DNA of 64,000 nucleotides, taken from an uncultured delta proteobacterium (lineage in GTDB: Bacteria > Desulfobacterota > Binatia > UBA9968). The translations under genes were made by a program, and so were the position numbers. Below the pieces are notes generated by a model, which saw only the letters and a list, made by a program, of their open reading frames with translations, did no database searches and was not told where the DNA came from. Below are positions 1-10,419 of the stretch, in pieces (positions within the stretch are counted from its first letter, which is position 1; the number at the start of each line of letters is the position of its first letter). The DNA lies in assembly GCA_963816145.1 (NCBI GenBank), contig CAWFJP010000003.1:64001-128000 (forward strand). The letters are read 5' to 3'.

Positions 1-3000
1 CAGGCGCCGCTGGCGGAGATCTATCAACTAGCCGGACGCGAGGGGATACTCTTGCCGTCAATCCGGGTGGCGGTGCGCTCGGGCGACACACCGGCGCAGG
101 AGCGCCAGGCGATGGTGCGCCGGCCGCCGCATATTCTCATTACCACGCCCGAATCGCTGTATATTCTGCTCACCTCGGCGCGGAGCCGGGAGTTCCTGCG
201 CTCGTGCGAAACTCTGATCCTCGATGAAATTCACGCCATCGCCCAGGACAAGCGCGGCGCCCACCTGGCGCTGTCCATCGAACGCTTGGCGGCCTTGGCC
301 GAGTCGGCCGCTCCAGCGCATCGGTTTGAGCGCGACGCAAAAACCGATCGATGAAGTGGCGCGGCTCTTGGTCGGCACCAAACGGATTCGCCGTGACGGT
401 ACGCCCGACTGTGCCATCGTCGATGTCGGTCATAAGCGCGAGATGGAACTGCGCATCGAAGTGCCGGATGAGGAGCTCGGGCCGATTATTCGCCAGGATA
501 TCTGGGCGGCGGTTTACGACAAGCTGGTCGAACAGATCCAACTCCACCGCACAACTTTGATTTTTGTCAACACCCGGCGCCTGGTTGAGCGGGTGTCGCA
601 TCAGCTGAGCGAACGCTTGGGCGAGGGTAAGGTTGGCGCGCACCATGGCAGTTTGTCGCGCAAGACCAGGCTGGAGGTCGAAGAGAAGCTCAAGTCTGGC
701 CTCTATCCGGTGGTAGTTGCCACCGCTTCCCTCGAGCTCGGCATCGACATCGGCCACGTCGATGTCGTTTGCCATATCGGCGCGCCGCGCAATCTGGCGG
801 TGTTGTTACAGCGGATCGGTCGTTCAGGCCACTGGATGGGCGCCATCCCCAAGGGGCTGTTCTATCCCTTGACGCGCGACGATCTCATGCAGTCGATTGC
901 CGCGATCCGAGCGGTGCGGCAGGGCCAACTGGATAAGCTCAACCTGACTTACAAGCCGCTCGATATCTTGGCGCAGCAGATGGTGGCGACGGTGGCGAGT
1001 TCGGAGAATTTAACCACAAAGAGCACAAAAAGCACAAAAAAATTGCCCCCACTTTCATCCTCCCCCGCAGTGCGGGGGAGGAAAGAGGAGGGGGATGGCT
1101 TTTTAGTCAACTTCGATAAGCTCAACATGTTCGCTAGGTCGCAACACGCAACGAAGACTTCAGAAGAGGGCATTGCTGAAGAGGATCTTTGGCAACTCAT
1201 GCGTAGCGCTTATCCGTATCGCGATCTCTCCCGAAAAGAGTTCGAGGAAGTCTTGGACATGCTCTGCGAGGGAGTTGAGACTCGGCGCAGCCGGCGCAGC
1301 GCCTATATTCACCGCGATCGCATCCATGGCATGTTGCGGCCGCGGCACGGCGCGCGCTTGACGGCGATCACCAACGGCGGGGCGATCCCCGATACCGCCG
1401 ATTACAACGTTGTCGAGTTCGCCACCGAGACCTTCGTCGGCACGGTGAACGAGGATTTCGCCATCGAGAGTTTGGCCGGCGATATTTTTCTCTTAGGCAA
1501 TCGCTCCTGGCGCATCCGGCGCGTCGGTTCAGGCAAGGTCTGGGTCGACGACGCTCAAGGACTGCCGCCGAGTATTCCCTTTTGGATGGGCGAGGCGCCG
1601 GCGCGCACGGTGGAGTTGTCTCAGGCTGTATCCGACCTGCGCGCTGCGGTGGCGGAGCGGGTGGGCGACCGCACCGCAGCGGTGGCATGGCTTCTAGGCG
1701 AAGTCACGATGGCGCCGGCGGCGGCCGAGCAAATCGTCAGCTATGTTGCCGATACCGTCGCAGTCCTCGGCACCGTGCCAGGGCAGGATAAGATTATCGC
1801 CGAGCGTTTTTTCGACGAAGCCGGCGGTATGCAGTTGATTCTTCATTCGCCCTGGGGCGGTCGCGTCAACCGCGCCTGGGGCTTGGCGCTGCGCAAACGT
1901 TTTTGCGTGAGTTTCGACCGTGAGCTGCAAGCGGCGGCCACCGACGACGGCATTTGTATTTCGCTGGTCGAGCAGCATTCGTTTCCGTTAACCGATGTGT
2001 TCGCCATGCTCAAGCCGGCGATCCTCGAATACAATCTTACCCAAGCGGCGCTCGCCTCGCCGATGTTCACCAACCGCTGGCGCTGGAACGCCACCCGGGC
2101 CCTGGCGCTCAAGCGTCATAACGGCGGCAAAAAAGTTCCGGTAGCGATCCAGCGCATGCGCGCCGAAGATTTGCTCGCCGCGGTGTTTCCCGAACAAGTG
2201 ATGTGCCAAGACAACCGCAGCGGTTCTGTGGAAATCCCGGACCACCCCTTGGTGCGCGAAACCATGGGCGATTGCCTGCATGAAGCGATGGACATCGACG
2301 GCCTTTCGGCGATCCTCGCCAAGATCGACAGCGGCGCAATCCAGACGCTCGCCATCGATACGCCGGCGCCCTCGCCGATGGCCCATGAAATTTTGAACGC
2401 CAACCCCTACGCGTTTCTCGACGATGCACCGTTGGAAGAGCGCCGCGCCCGGGCGGTGTCGTTACGTCGCGTCGATCCCTGGCTGGGGCGCGAGTTCGGC
2501 CAGCTCGATCCCCAAGCGATCGCGGAAGTCTGCCGACAAGCCTGGCCCGAACCGCGCAATGCCGACGAGCTGCATGATTTGCTGTTGGGCGTTTGTCTGT
2601 TGCCGGTCGATTGGCGGCGCGATTGGCATTCCCTGGCCGCCGCGTTGATCGATACCGGCCGCGCGACCGTTGCGGCATGGCAAAATTCACAGGGCGTGCA
2701 GCGCGCCTATGTCGCCGCCGAGCGTGTCGATTTGATCCGAATCGCAATTCCCGAAGTGTCGATCGCTCCCGCCATCGCCTTGCCGCTCGGTTTTACCGAG
2801 ACCGTCGCGTCGGAGGAAGAGGCCGTCAAGAAAATCGTTCAAGGTTGGCTCGAAGTGAGCGGACCGGTGAGCGCCACGGCGCTCGATGCACGGCTCGGTC
2901 TGGCGCGAAATAGAGTTGACGCCGGACTTCTCGCTTTGGAGAGCGCCGGGGTGGCGATGCGCGGCCAATTCACCGGAAAATTTCTTGGCCCCCAAAATGC

Positions 3001-4222
3001 CGAAGACGTCGAGTGGTGCGACCGGGTTTTGCTGGCACGCATCCATCGATTGACTCTGGGAAAGTTGCGCCGCGAAGTTGAACCGGTATCGGCCGCCGAC
3101 TTTATCAAGTTTCTCACCCATTGGCAGCATGCCACACCCGGTGCCAGACTGCGCGGCCGAGACGGTGTGTTGCGCGTCATCGAACAGCTGCAAGGCTTAG
3201 AACTACCGGCGCCCGCCTGGGAGCAGCATGTGCTGCCGGCGCGCATCGAAAACTACGATCCGGCCGATCTCGAACACCTTTGCTTGAGCGGCATCGTCGC
3301 CTGGGGGCGGTTGCGCAACGATACCATGCCCGAAGAACTCCGCGGCGGCCCAAAGACTTCGCCGGGCAAGCGCATGAAACGACTGCTGGCGCCGGCGCGC
3401 AACGCGCCCATCGCGTTTTTGCTGCGCGAGGAAATGGCAAACTATCTGGAGCCGCTACACAGCGAATTCAAGAACATACCAAGTCTATCGACGATGGCTT
3501 TGGAAGTGGCGCGCTATCTTGATCAGCACGGCGCGTCGTTTCTTGTCGATATCGCCAAAGAAACCGGTCTGTTGAAAGTCAAAGTTGAAGAAGCTCTCTG
3601 GCAACTGGTCGCCCATGGACTAGCCACCGGCGACGGCATCGCCGGGTTGCGCGTCCTGTTAACTGCGGAACAGAAGCGGGTCGGCCGGCGGCGCAGTTTG
3701 CGGCTCATCAGCGGCGGCCGCAATCCAGAGCGGGCGATGCCGGTGGGGCGGTGGTCGCTCTGGCGCACAAAAATTTCTCAACTGGATGTTAGCGACGAGA
3801 GCCGGATGGAACGGCAAGCGCGTCAGCTGTTACAGCGCTACGGCGTGATGTTTCGCGATTTGTTGGCGCGGGAATCGTTTAGTGGAAGTTGGCGCAACTT
3901 TTTGACGATCTATCGCCGCTGGGAAGCGCGCGGCGAGATCCGCGGCGGGCGTTTCGTCAACGGTTTCGTCGGCGAGCAATTTGCCTTGCCGGAAGCGGTG
4001 CAGCGCTTGCGCGAGCTCCGGCGCGGCAAAAACGAGGCGAACGAGCTACTGATTGCTGCCGGCGATCCATTGAATTTAGCCGGAATTTTGACCCCCGGGG
4101 CGCGCATCTCACCCTATTCGAACCAAATGATCGCTTACCGCAACGGTGCTCTGATCGACTCTGGCTTCTTGGGTGAACTGGTGAGCCGGCTGCAACCGTC
4201 AGAAGGTCGTAATCTGACTTGA
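1..4222 (+). CDS. lhr: Lhr-family ATP-dependent SF2 helicase (5'-truncated by the window; +1 frameshift at ~304)
   Basis: Frame 1 from base 1 gives [19 protein letters not shown]. The second frame continues [40 protein letters not shown] and the C-terminal [13 protein letters not shown] typical of long Lhr. One extra base in gag-t-cgg-ccg joins the two ORFs. Confidence 0.9.
1015..1129. repeat. Repeat-derived in-frame insertion within lhr (9-bp-period unit + GC palindrome + FDKL-type repeat fragment)
   Basis: cacaaagag-cacaaaaag-cacaaaaa at 1015-1042; perfect palindrome tcctcccccgca-g-tgcgggggagga at 1058-1082; cttcgataagctcaacatg at 1111-1129. Confidence 0.7.
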
Positions 4223-4340
4223 ATTCTGCCTATGACTTAAGGCGCAAGTTGCGGGCGAAAATTGCCCGGTGTTAGCCAAGTGTATAAAAACTGGAAGGTG
4301 AATACCGGGAACTTTCAACTTCCGGTTTGCATCGATCCGA

Positions 4341-4655
4341 TTACGCGGAAAATGGCTTGCTTTGCTCGACACGACCGCTGGCGCCATTGACCTTGCCGGA
4401 CATGGGCGAGCTCAATACTTCTTTTAAAACGCGAATCTCCACAATATCTTCCTGCAACCGGGTCAAACCTTCTTTGGCGCGGTGAATTTCCGCGAGCATC
4501 GAGTCCAATTCACCAATCGTGATGGTTTCCAAGGCTTGGCGAATCTTGCGGTTCATGCCGAAGAGATTCTGCACGCCGCCTTTGTCGGAGATTTTGTTGT
4601 CGAGTTCGGTGTAAACGCGGGTCACGCCTTCCATCTGGCCTTTAACGTCGTCCAT
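4341..4655 (-). CDS. hypothetical helical/coiled-coil protein (104 aa)
   Basis: ORF MDDVKGQMEG... with a strong aggagga RBS upstream of ATG 4655. Confidence 0.7.
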   Translation of the reverse strand: MDDVKGQMEGVTRVYTELDNKISDKGGVQNLFGMNRKIRQALETITIGELDSMLAEIHRAKEGLTRLQEDIVEIRVLKEVLSSPMSGKVNGASGRVEQSKPFSA

Positions 4656-4837
4656 GGGATTCCTCCTGAGATGCTTGCGGTGAAACTTAGCTTGATGTAA
4701 CTCTCTCTCAATCATAGTTGTGATGCGAAAACAAGAAGTGATTGCGTCAATGAAAAATCTTGAGCAACTCAAAGCCGTTAGCGATGGGGGCAAAAAAGTT
4801 TTTGTTGCTTTCATCGAAGCGAGATAGGAATAATTGC

Positions 4838-7063
4838 ATGAACCAGATGCGTAGCATTGGCATTCCGAGTCCGCGCGTCGAAGGCGAGCATAAGGTCAGC
4901 GGTGTCGCCCAATACGCTGTCGATGTCAATTTACCCGATATGCTGTGGGCAAAAGTATTGCGCAGCCCGCTCGCCCACGCACGGATCAAGAAGATCGATG
5001 TTGCCAAAGCGCGCGCGCTGCCTGGCGTCGTCGCGCTGTTGACCGGCGCCGACCTCGCCGGCGCCAAGATCGGCAAGAAAATTATCGACATGCCGCTACT
5101 TGCCGACGGCGTGGCGCGTTTTATGGGCGAGAAAATCGCCGCGGTGGCTGCAAAAAGCGAAGAGATCGCCGAGGCGGCGCTCGATTTGATCGAAGTCGAG
5201 TATGAAGAACTGCCGGTAATCATCGACCCGCTGGAAGCCGCCCGACCCGGGGCGCCGTTGATTCATCCCGATGTCGCCGATTACAAAGGGCTGCTGCACA
5301 AGATCGACACGCCGAGCAACGTATGCGTCAGTCTAACTTGGAAAAAAGGTGTGGTGGAAGAGGGCTTTCACCAATCTGATTTGATCGTTGAGAATACCTA
5401 TCGTGTGCCGGCGATCCATCAGGCTTATATCGAGCCGCATTCTTCCATCGTGCGCGTCAATGCGGACGCCACGGCGGACATCTGGTCCTCGAACAAGAGT
5501 CCATTCGGCATGCGCGATGCGGTAGCCAACACGCTGCAGATCGCGCCGGCGGGTCTGATCATTCATTCTTGCTATGTCGGCGGCGATTTCGGCGGCAAAG
5601 GCGATGGCAACGATGTCGCGCTTTGTTACGCCCTGGCTAAACGAGCCGGCCGACCGGTAAAACTCTTGATCGATTACACTGAAGAGCTGACCGCCGGCAA
5701 TCCACGCCACGGCGCGGTGATCAAGATCAAGACCGGCGTGAAGCGAAACGGCTTGATGATCGCCGAGCAGATCGAGTTTTACTTCGACAGCGGTGCCTAC
5801 GGTTCTTACCGGCCGCAGGGCTATTTGGTCGGTGCGCACGATACGCCTGGCCCTTATCGCGTCCCCAACTGCTTGATTGAAGAAAAATATGTCTACACCA
5901 ATACGATGCCGGCGGGGTACATGCGCGCTCCGGGGCACCTCCAAGGCATGTTTGCATCCGAGAGCCACATGGACGTCGTCGCCAAGCGCTTGAACATGAA
6001 TCCCATCGAGTTTCGCCGGATGAATTTCATGCACGATGGCGACCCGTCGCCGTTGGGGCATGTAATCCCGCATGTCAAAGCGACTGAGACGCTCGCTCGC
6101 GCAGTCGAAGCGTCGGGGTTCGCCAAGCCCAAGCGAAAAAATAGCGGCCGGGGCTGCGCTGTCGGCGACTGGGTTTCCAAGGGCGGCGAGTCTTACGCGC
6201 GGATTAAGATTGACGAGGAAGGTGCGATAACTTTGTCTTCGGCGGTCACCGATACCGGTCCCGGTGTCTTCACGATGATGCGCCAGATCGTCGGCGAAGA
6301 GCTGAAAGTACCGCTCGATGCCATTGCAGTTGAAATGCTGGATGCCGATAAAGTCGTCAAAGATACCGGCGTGCGCGGCAGCAGCAGCACCCGTGTCCAT
6401 GGCGGCTCGGCGTTAGATGCCTCGCAGCGGGCGCGCGAGGAGATTCTCAAGACAGCCGCGGCGGCGATGCAGGCGACGCCCGAGGAGTTGATGCTGTTCG
6501 ACGGCGGGGTGACCCACGGCCGTGCCGAGCGACGCATGACCTACGGCGAGATCGCGCGCGCCAATGGCGGCCCGATTTTGGTCGAAGGTCATTACGCCAA
6601 TATGTCGGACGGTCCGGAAGCCTCTCTGGTCGCCCAAGTCGCCGAAGTCGAAGTGGACGAGGAAACCGGCGAGGTGCGGGTGATTAAATTAACCACCGCG
6701 CATAATACTGGCGCGATTCTCAACCCGCTGACCCACCAAGGGCAGATCGACGGTGCGCTGGCGATGGGATTCGGCTACGGTTTGATCGAACACCTCGGCT
6801 ACGACGAGAGCGGCAAAGTTTTGGCGGCGAATCTCGGCGAATACAAAATTCCCAACATCAAGGATATACCGCCGCTGCAGACAACTATCCTGCAGTCGGA
6901 TTTCGGCAGCGGGCCGTACAACAGCATGAGCATCGGCGAGACCGCTTTGATACCCACCGCGGCGGCCATCGCCAACGCGGTGGCGGATGCCGTCGGCGTG
7001 CGGATTACGTCGCTGCCGATTACCGCTGAGAAGGTACTCAACGCGCTAAAGGGACGGGGATAG
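4838..7063 (+). CDS. xanthine dehydrogenase-family molybdopterin-binding (large) subunit
   Basis: LRSPLAHARI, HQAYIEPH, VGGDFGGKG, YMRAPG, NPLTHQGQIDG, SIGE motifs. No small or FAD subunit adjacent. Confidence 0.92.
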   Translation: MNQMRSIGIPSPRVEGEHKVSGVAQYAVDVNLPDMLWAKVLRSPLAHARIKKIDVAKARALPGVVALLTGADLAGAKIGKKIIDMPLLADGVARFMGEKIAAVAAKSEEIAEAALDLIEVEYEELPVIIDPLEAARPGAPLIHPDVADYKGLLHKIDTPSNVCVSLTWKKGVVEEGFHQSDLIVENTYRVPAIHQAYIEPHSSIVRVNADATADIWSSNKSPFGMRDAVANTLQIAPAGLIIHSCYVGGDFGGKGDGNDVALCYALAKRAGRPVKLLIDYTEELTAGNPRHGAVIKIKTGVKRNGLMIAEQIEFYFDSGAYGSYRPQGYLVGAHDTPGPYRVPNCLIEEKYVYTNTMPAGYMRAPGHLQGMFASESHMDVVAKRLNMNPIEFRRMNFMHDGDPSPLGHVIPHVKATETLARAVEASGFAKPKRKNSGRGCAVGDWVSKGGESYARIKIDEEGAITLSSAVTDTGPGVFTMMRQIVGEELKVPLDAIAVEMLDADKVVKDTGVRGSSSTRVHGGSALDASQRAREEILKTAAAAMQATPEELMLFDGGVTHGRAERRMTYGEIARANGGPILVEGHYANMSDGPEASLVAQVAEVEVDEETGEVRVIKLTTAHNTGAILNPLTHQGQIDGALAMGFGYGLIEHLGYDESGKVLAANLGEYKIPNIKDIPPLQTTILQSDFGSGPYNSMSIGETALIPTAAAIANAVADAVGVRITSLPITAEKVLNALKGRG

Positions 7064-7083
7064 GCAGAGGGACGAGTGAGTTA

Positions 7084-7506
7084 GTGATCAGCGATTTAGA
7101 GACGCTAAAGCAAGACAAGAACCATGGCGCACTTTCCAACGGCATGACCGGAAACGATATCAGCCCTCTGGAGCGGTTGATCAACGCAACCAGGAATTCG
7201 CTGAGCGGGCTGAGCCGCGCCTGGCGATCCGAGGCGGCGCTGCGCTATGAGATCTATGTTTTAGTTATCGCGCTACCGACGGGGTGGGTACTGGGGCGCA
7301 ACGCGATCGAGCGCGCGCTCATGATCGCCAGTGCGCTTCTGGTTGTCATTGTCGAAGTGCTTAACACGGCCATCGAGGCGGTGGTCGACCGCATCGGCCC
7401 GGATCGCCACGACTTGTCCGCCTTGGCAAAGGATTTGGGTTCCGCCGGGGTTTTATGTTCGATCGTTTTAGCAACTGCAGTTTGGGGGATCCTGCTGTTC
7501 GGTTAG
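7084..7506 (+). CDS. dgkA: diacylglycerol kinase (true start may be ATG 7144)
   Basis: EAALRYE, EVLNTAIEAVVD, AKDLGSA motifs; three hydrophobic segments. Confidence 0.9.
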   Translation: MISDLETLKQDKNHGALSNGMTGNDISPLERLINATRNSLSGLSRAWRSEAALRYEIYVLVIALPTGWVLGRNAIERALMIASALLVVIVEVLNTAIEAVVDRIGPDRHDLSALAKDLGSAGVLCSIVLATAVWGILLFG

Positions 7507-7539
7507 GTGAAGTGCAATACTAAACAAATAGGTGAGGAG

Positions 7540-8142
7540 ATGAATACTTTCAAAGGATTGTCCAAGGTCGGTTTAGCGTTGGTGTTGATGGTACATCTCA
7601 GTGGAACGCCGGCACTCTCGGGGGAACCGTTGGAGCTGGTCAAGTCTTCGGGCGAAAAGGTTATTGCTATACTGAAAGATCCCAAGCTGAAGGCGCCGGA
7701 CAAGAAACAAGAGCGGGTGGAGCGGTTGAAGGAGATTATCAACCCGATTTTCGACTATGATGAAATGGCGCGTCGCACCCTGGGCGCGCACTGGCGCCGG
7801 CGCACGCCGGCGGAGCAGCAGGAGTTTCTCAGACTGTTTCACGCTTTCCTGGAGAAAGTTTATTCCGAGAAGCTCGATCTCTACGCGGGCGCGGGAGCGG
7901 TTTTTGGCCGCGAAACCATCGAACAGGACTACGCCGAGGTTGAATCGAAGGTGACCAATGGCAAAGGCGAAGAGAGCCCGGTACTCTACCGTTTGAAGCG
8001 CGCCGACGGCAAGTGGAAAGTCTACGACGCCGTGGTTGAAAACATCAGTATCGTCAACAACTACCGTTCGCAGTTCGACCGCGTGATCACCAAATCATCC
8101 TTTGATGAATTGAAGAAGATGTTGCGGGAAAAGGGCGCTTGA
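7540..8142 (+). CDS. mlaC: MlaC/Ttg2D-family phospholipid-binding protein
   Basis: Signal peptide, FDYDEMARRTLG, WKVYDAVVENISIVNNYRSQF; RBS gaggag before ATG 7540. Confidence 0.85.
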   Translation: MNTFKGLSKVGLALVLMVHLSGTPALSGEPLELVKSSGEKVIAILKDPKLKAPDKKQERVERLKEIINPIFDYDEMARRTLGAHWRRRTPAEQQEFLRLFHAFLEKVYSEKLDLYAGAGAVFGRETIEQDYAEVESKVTNGKGEESPVLYRLKRADGKWKVYDAVVENISIVNNYRSQFDRVITKSSFDELKKMLREKGA

Positions 8143-8167
8143 GCCGGGCGGTTCAATTATCCTTCTT

Positions 8168-8659
8168 CTATCGCGCCGCCGAATTATTCCGCCGACCATG
8201 CAATTTCACAAACAGTTCATAGAACGATCCTAGACTGCGCTCTTCCAACTCTGGATAGCCTGCCTTATTGCGCGCCAAGATCGTGAAACTGAGCTGTTTT
8301 TTGTGCAACTCAATCAGCTCGGCATTTCTGGTTTCCAGATAGGCGCCGACGGTGCGCAGGGTGTTGGGCAGACTGTGAAAGTCCGGGAGCCGATGGCTTT
8401 TTGTCCGGTTGGCCGATCCCTGGCGGTCGAGTTCGTCGAGATCTTGGTTCGTATACGTTAGCGAAGTTGTCATGCCTTCACTGCGCAGCCGTTTCTGCCA
8501 GTAGCGCAGTGTCGATAAGAGCGATGTTTCTTTTTCCGGCTCGCCGCGCACTGTGTAGTTCTCGCCTTGATGAGTTAGTTCGAATACCCAGATTCGCTGC
8601 GCTTCGAGGGATTGGCCGATGCTGCGCAGTTGCCGTTCGTAGGATGGTCTGTTCGCCAT
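8168..8659 (-). CDS. hypothetical protein with an internal two-fold repeat
   Basis: SYERQLRSIGQSLE and SLPNTLRTVGAYLE repeats; a related fragment lies at 59645..59857. Confidence 0.7.
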   Translation of the reverse strand: MANRPSYERQLRSIGQSLEAQRIWVFELTHQGENYTVRGEPEKETSLLSTLRYWQKRLRSEGMTTSLTYTNQDLDELDRQGSANRTKSHRLPDFHSLPNTLRTVGAYLETRNAELIELHKKQLSFTILARNKAGYPELEERSLGSFYELFVKLHGRRNNSAAR

Positions 8660-8770
8660 TGATGAATCCTCATTCATCGCAGATTGGCGCCCGGTGTAAG
8701 GTCGAGATGCTCGCCACCCGCGTCATAGCACTGTCGTTCCATTGCTGACAAGAGCTAAACCGGCGATTTG

Positions 8771-8799
8771 TTGACAAGGTTTAGGGCTGAACGTAAGGT
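8771..8799 (+). promoter_or_regulatory. putative sigma70 promoter for the UbiD-family gene
   Basis: ttgaca-17 bp-taaggt, about 40 bp upstream of the RBS aggagg and ATG 8841. Confidence 0.5.
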
Positions 8800-8840
8800 G
8801 GACCAACTTCAATTTTGCTGTCAATTGTCAGGAGGATTTC

Positions 8841-10310
8841 ATGGCACGACCGGAACGAGTTGGCGCGAGCCATAGCACAGTGACTTATCGCGGACTCCGC
8901 GACTGGATAGACCAGGTCGATAAAATGGAGGAGTTGCTGCAAGTTAACGGTGCCCACTGGGACCGCGAGATGGGCGCGATCACGCAGATGCTCACGGAAG
9001 GCGGCAAGGGTAAAGCGCCGGCCATCTTATTCGATGAAGTGCCGGATTATCCGAAAGGCTACCGGACGTTGTACGGCCAATTTTCAACCATCAAACGAGT
9101 TGCCTTAACTCTCGGTTTGCCGCTCGAGTACGAACATAAAGCCGATATCGTCAAGGCCTACCACCATGTCATGACCGACATGAAGTTGCTCAAACCCAAG
9201 ATGGTCAAGACCGGACCGATCTTCGAAAACGTTTTGGAGGGCGATAAGGTCGACGTGCTCAAGCTGCCGGTGCCGATCCACCATCAGCGCGATACCCACC
9301 GGTATGTCGGCACGGCGGATATGTGCATCACCAAGGACCCGGATGCCGAGTGGTACAACTTCGGCGCCTATCGCTGCGAAGTCTACGACGGCAAAACCAT
9401 CGGCTGCCAGATCACCGAGGGCAAGCATGGCCGCATTCACCGCGACAAATACTTCGAGCGCGGCCAGAGCTGCAAGTTCGCTATCGTCTGCGGCCAAGAT
9501 CCGCTGCTCTATATGCTCTCCGCCAGTCCTTTGCCGTCGGGAGTTTCCGAATACGATTTCGCCGGCGGCATCCGCGGCGAGCCGGTGGAAGTCGTCAAGG
9601 GTCCGTACACCGGCTTTCCGATTCCCGCCGACGCCGAGATCGTCATCGAAGGCGAGGCGGTGCCGGGAAAGAGCCAGCCCGAAGGGCCGTTCGGCGAGTG
9701 GATGGGCTACTATTCCGACGACGTCGTGCCGCGCCCCTATCTCGATGTTAAAACGGTCATGTACCGCAACAATCCGATCCTCACCTGCGCGCCGCAGCAT
9801 AAGCCGGTGGACGAGACCGGCCTGCTCAAAGGCATTGCCGGCGCGGCGGAGATTTGGAATGCGCTCGAAGCCTGCGGTCTCCCCGACATCCTCGGCGTTT
9901 GGAATCACGAAGGCGCTCCGGCGACCCGTTTTACGGCGATCCAAATTCGCCAGCGTTATCCCGGCCATGCTCGCAACGTCTTGCATGTGGCATCCAATTG
10001 CATGGCCGGCGCCTACAACGGCAAATGGACGGTAGTTGTCGATGACGATGTCGACTGCTCCGATATCGATCAAGTGCTGTGGGCCATGGGCACACGCTTC
10101 GACCCAATCACCGATATCGATTTGGTGCAGAAGGCCTGGTCTTCCGGGCGCGATCCAATGTTTTTGCCGGGCAATTTCAACAACCGGATATTGATCGACG
10201 CCTGCCAGCCTTATAACCGAAAGTTAAAGGGCGAGTTTCCCAAGGTCGTCGAGGTGCCGGAGGACTACCGGGCGAAAATGAAGGCGAAATTTCCGCAGCT
10301 CTTCAAATAA
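8841..10310 (+). CDS. UbiD-family (prFMN-dependent) decarboxylase
   Basis: NFGAYR, AEIVIEG, EGPFGEWMGYY, VVDDDVD motifs. Confidence 0.92.
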   Translation: MARPERVGASHSTVTYRGLRDWIDQVDKMEELLQVNGAHWDREMGAITQMLTEGGKGKAPAILFDEVPDYPKGYRTLYGQFSTIKRVALTLGLPLEYEHKADIVKAYHHVMTDMKLLKPKMVKTGPIFENVLEGDKVDVLKLPVPIHHQRDTHRYVGTADMCITKDPDAEWYNFGAYRCEVYDGKTIGCQITEGKHGRIHRDKYFERGQSCKFAIVCGQDPLLYMLSASPLPSGVSEYDFAGGIRGEPVEVVKGPYTGFPIPADAEIVIEGEAVPGKSQPEGPFGEWMGYYSDDVVPRPYLDVKTVMYRNNPILTCAPQHKPVDETGLLKGIAGAAEIWNALEACGLPDILGVWNHEGAPATRFTAIQIRQRYPGHARNVLHVASNCMAGAYNGKWTVVVDDDVDCSDIDQVLWAMGTRFDPITDIDLVQKAWSSGRDPMFLPGNFNNRILIDACQPYNRKLKGEFPKVVEVPEDYRAKMKAKFPQLFK

Positions 10311-10318
10311 CGAAGACG

Positions 10319-10412
10319 GTTCCAGCCGTCCCAATCGTTCCAGAGGTTCCAATGGTAAAACCGGAATCTCCGAAACAAATGGAACGACTGGAACCGTTGG
10401 AACGATTGGAAC
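10319..10412. repeat. 9-bp-period tandem/inverted hairpin repeat (gttcca-nnn)4 ... (tggaac-nnn)4
   Basis: gttccagcc gtcccaatc gttccagag gttccaatg ... tggaacgac tggaaccgt tggaacgat tggaac fills the intergenic gap. Confidence 0.85.
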
Positions 10413-10419
10413 TGATTTT

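Noticed and set aside
10319-10412. CRISPR array suggested by periodic repeats here and at 31720, 36527 and 38962
   Set aside because: Units are 8-9 bp in inverted arms with no 25-45 bp spacers, and there are no cas genes.
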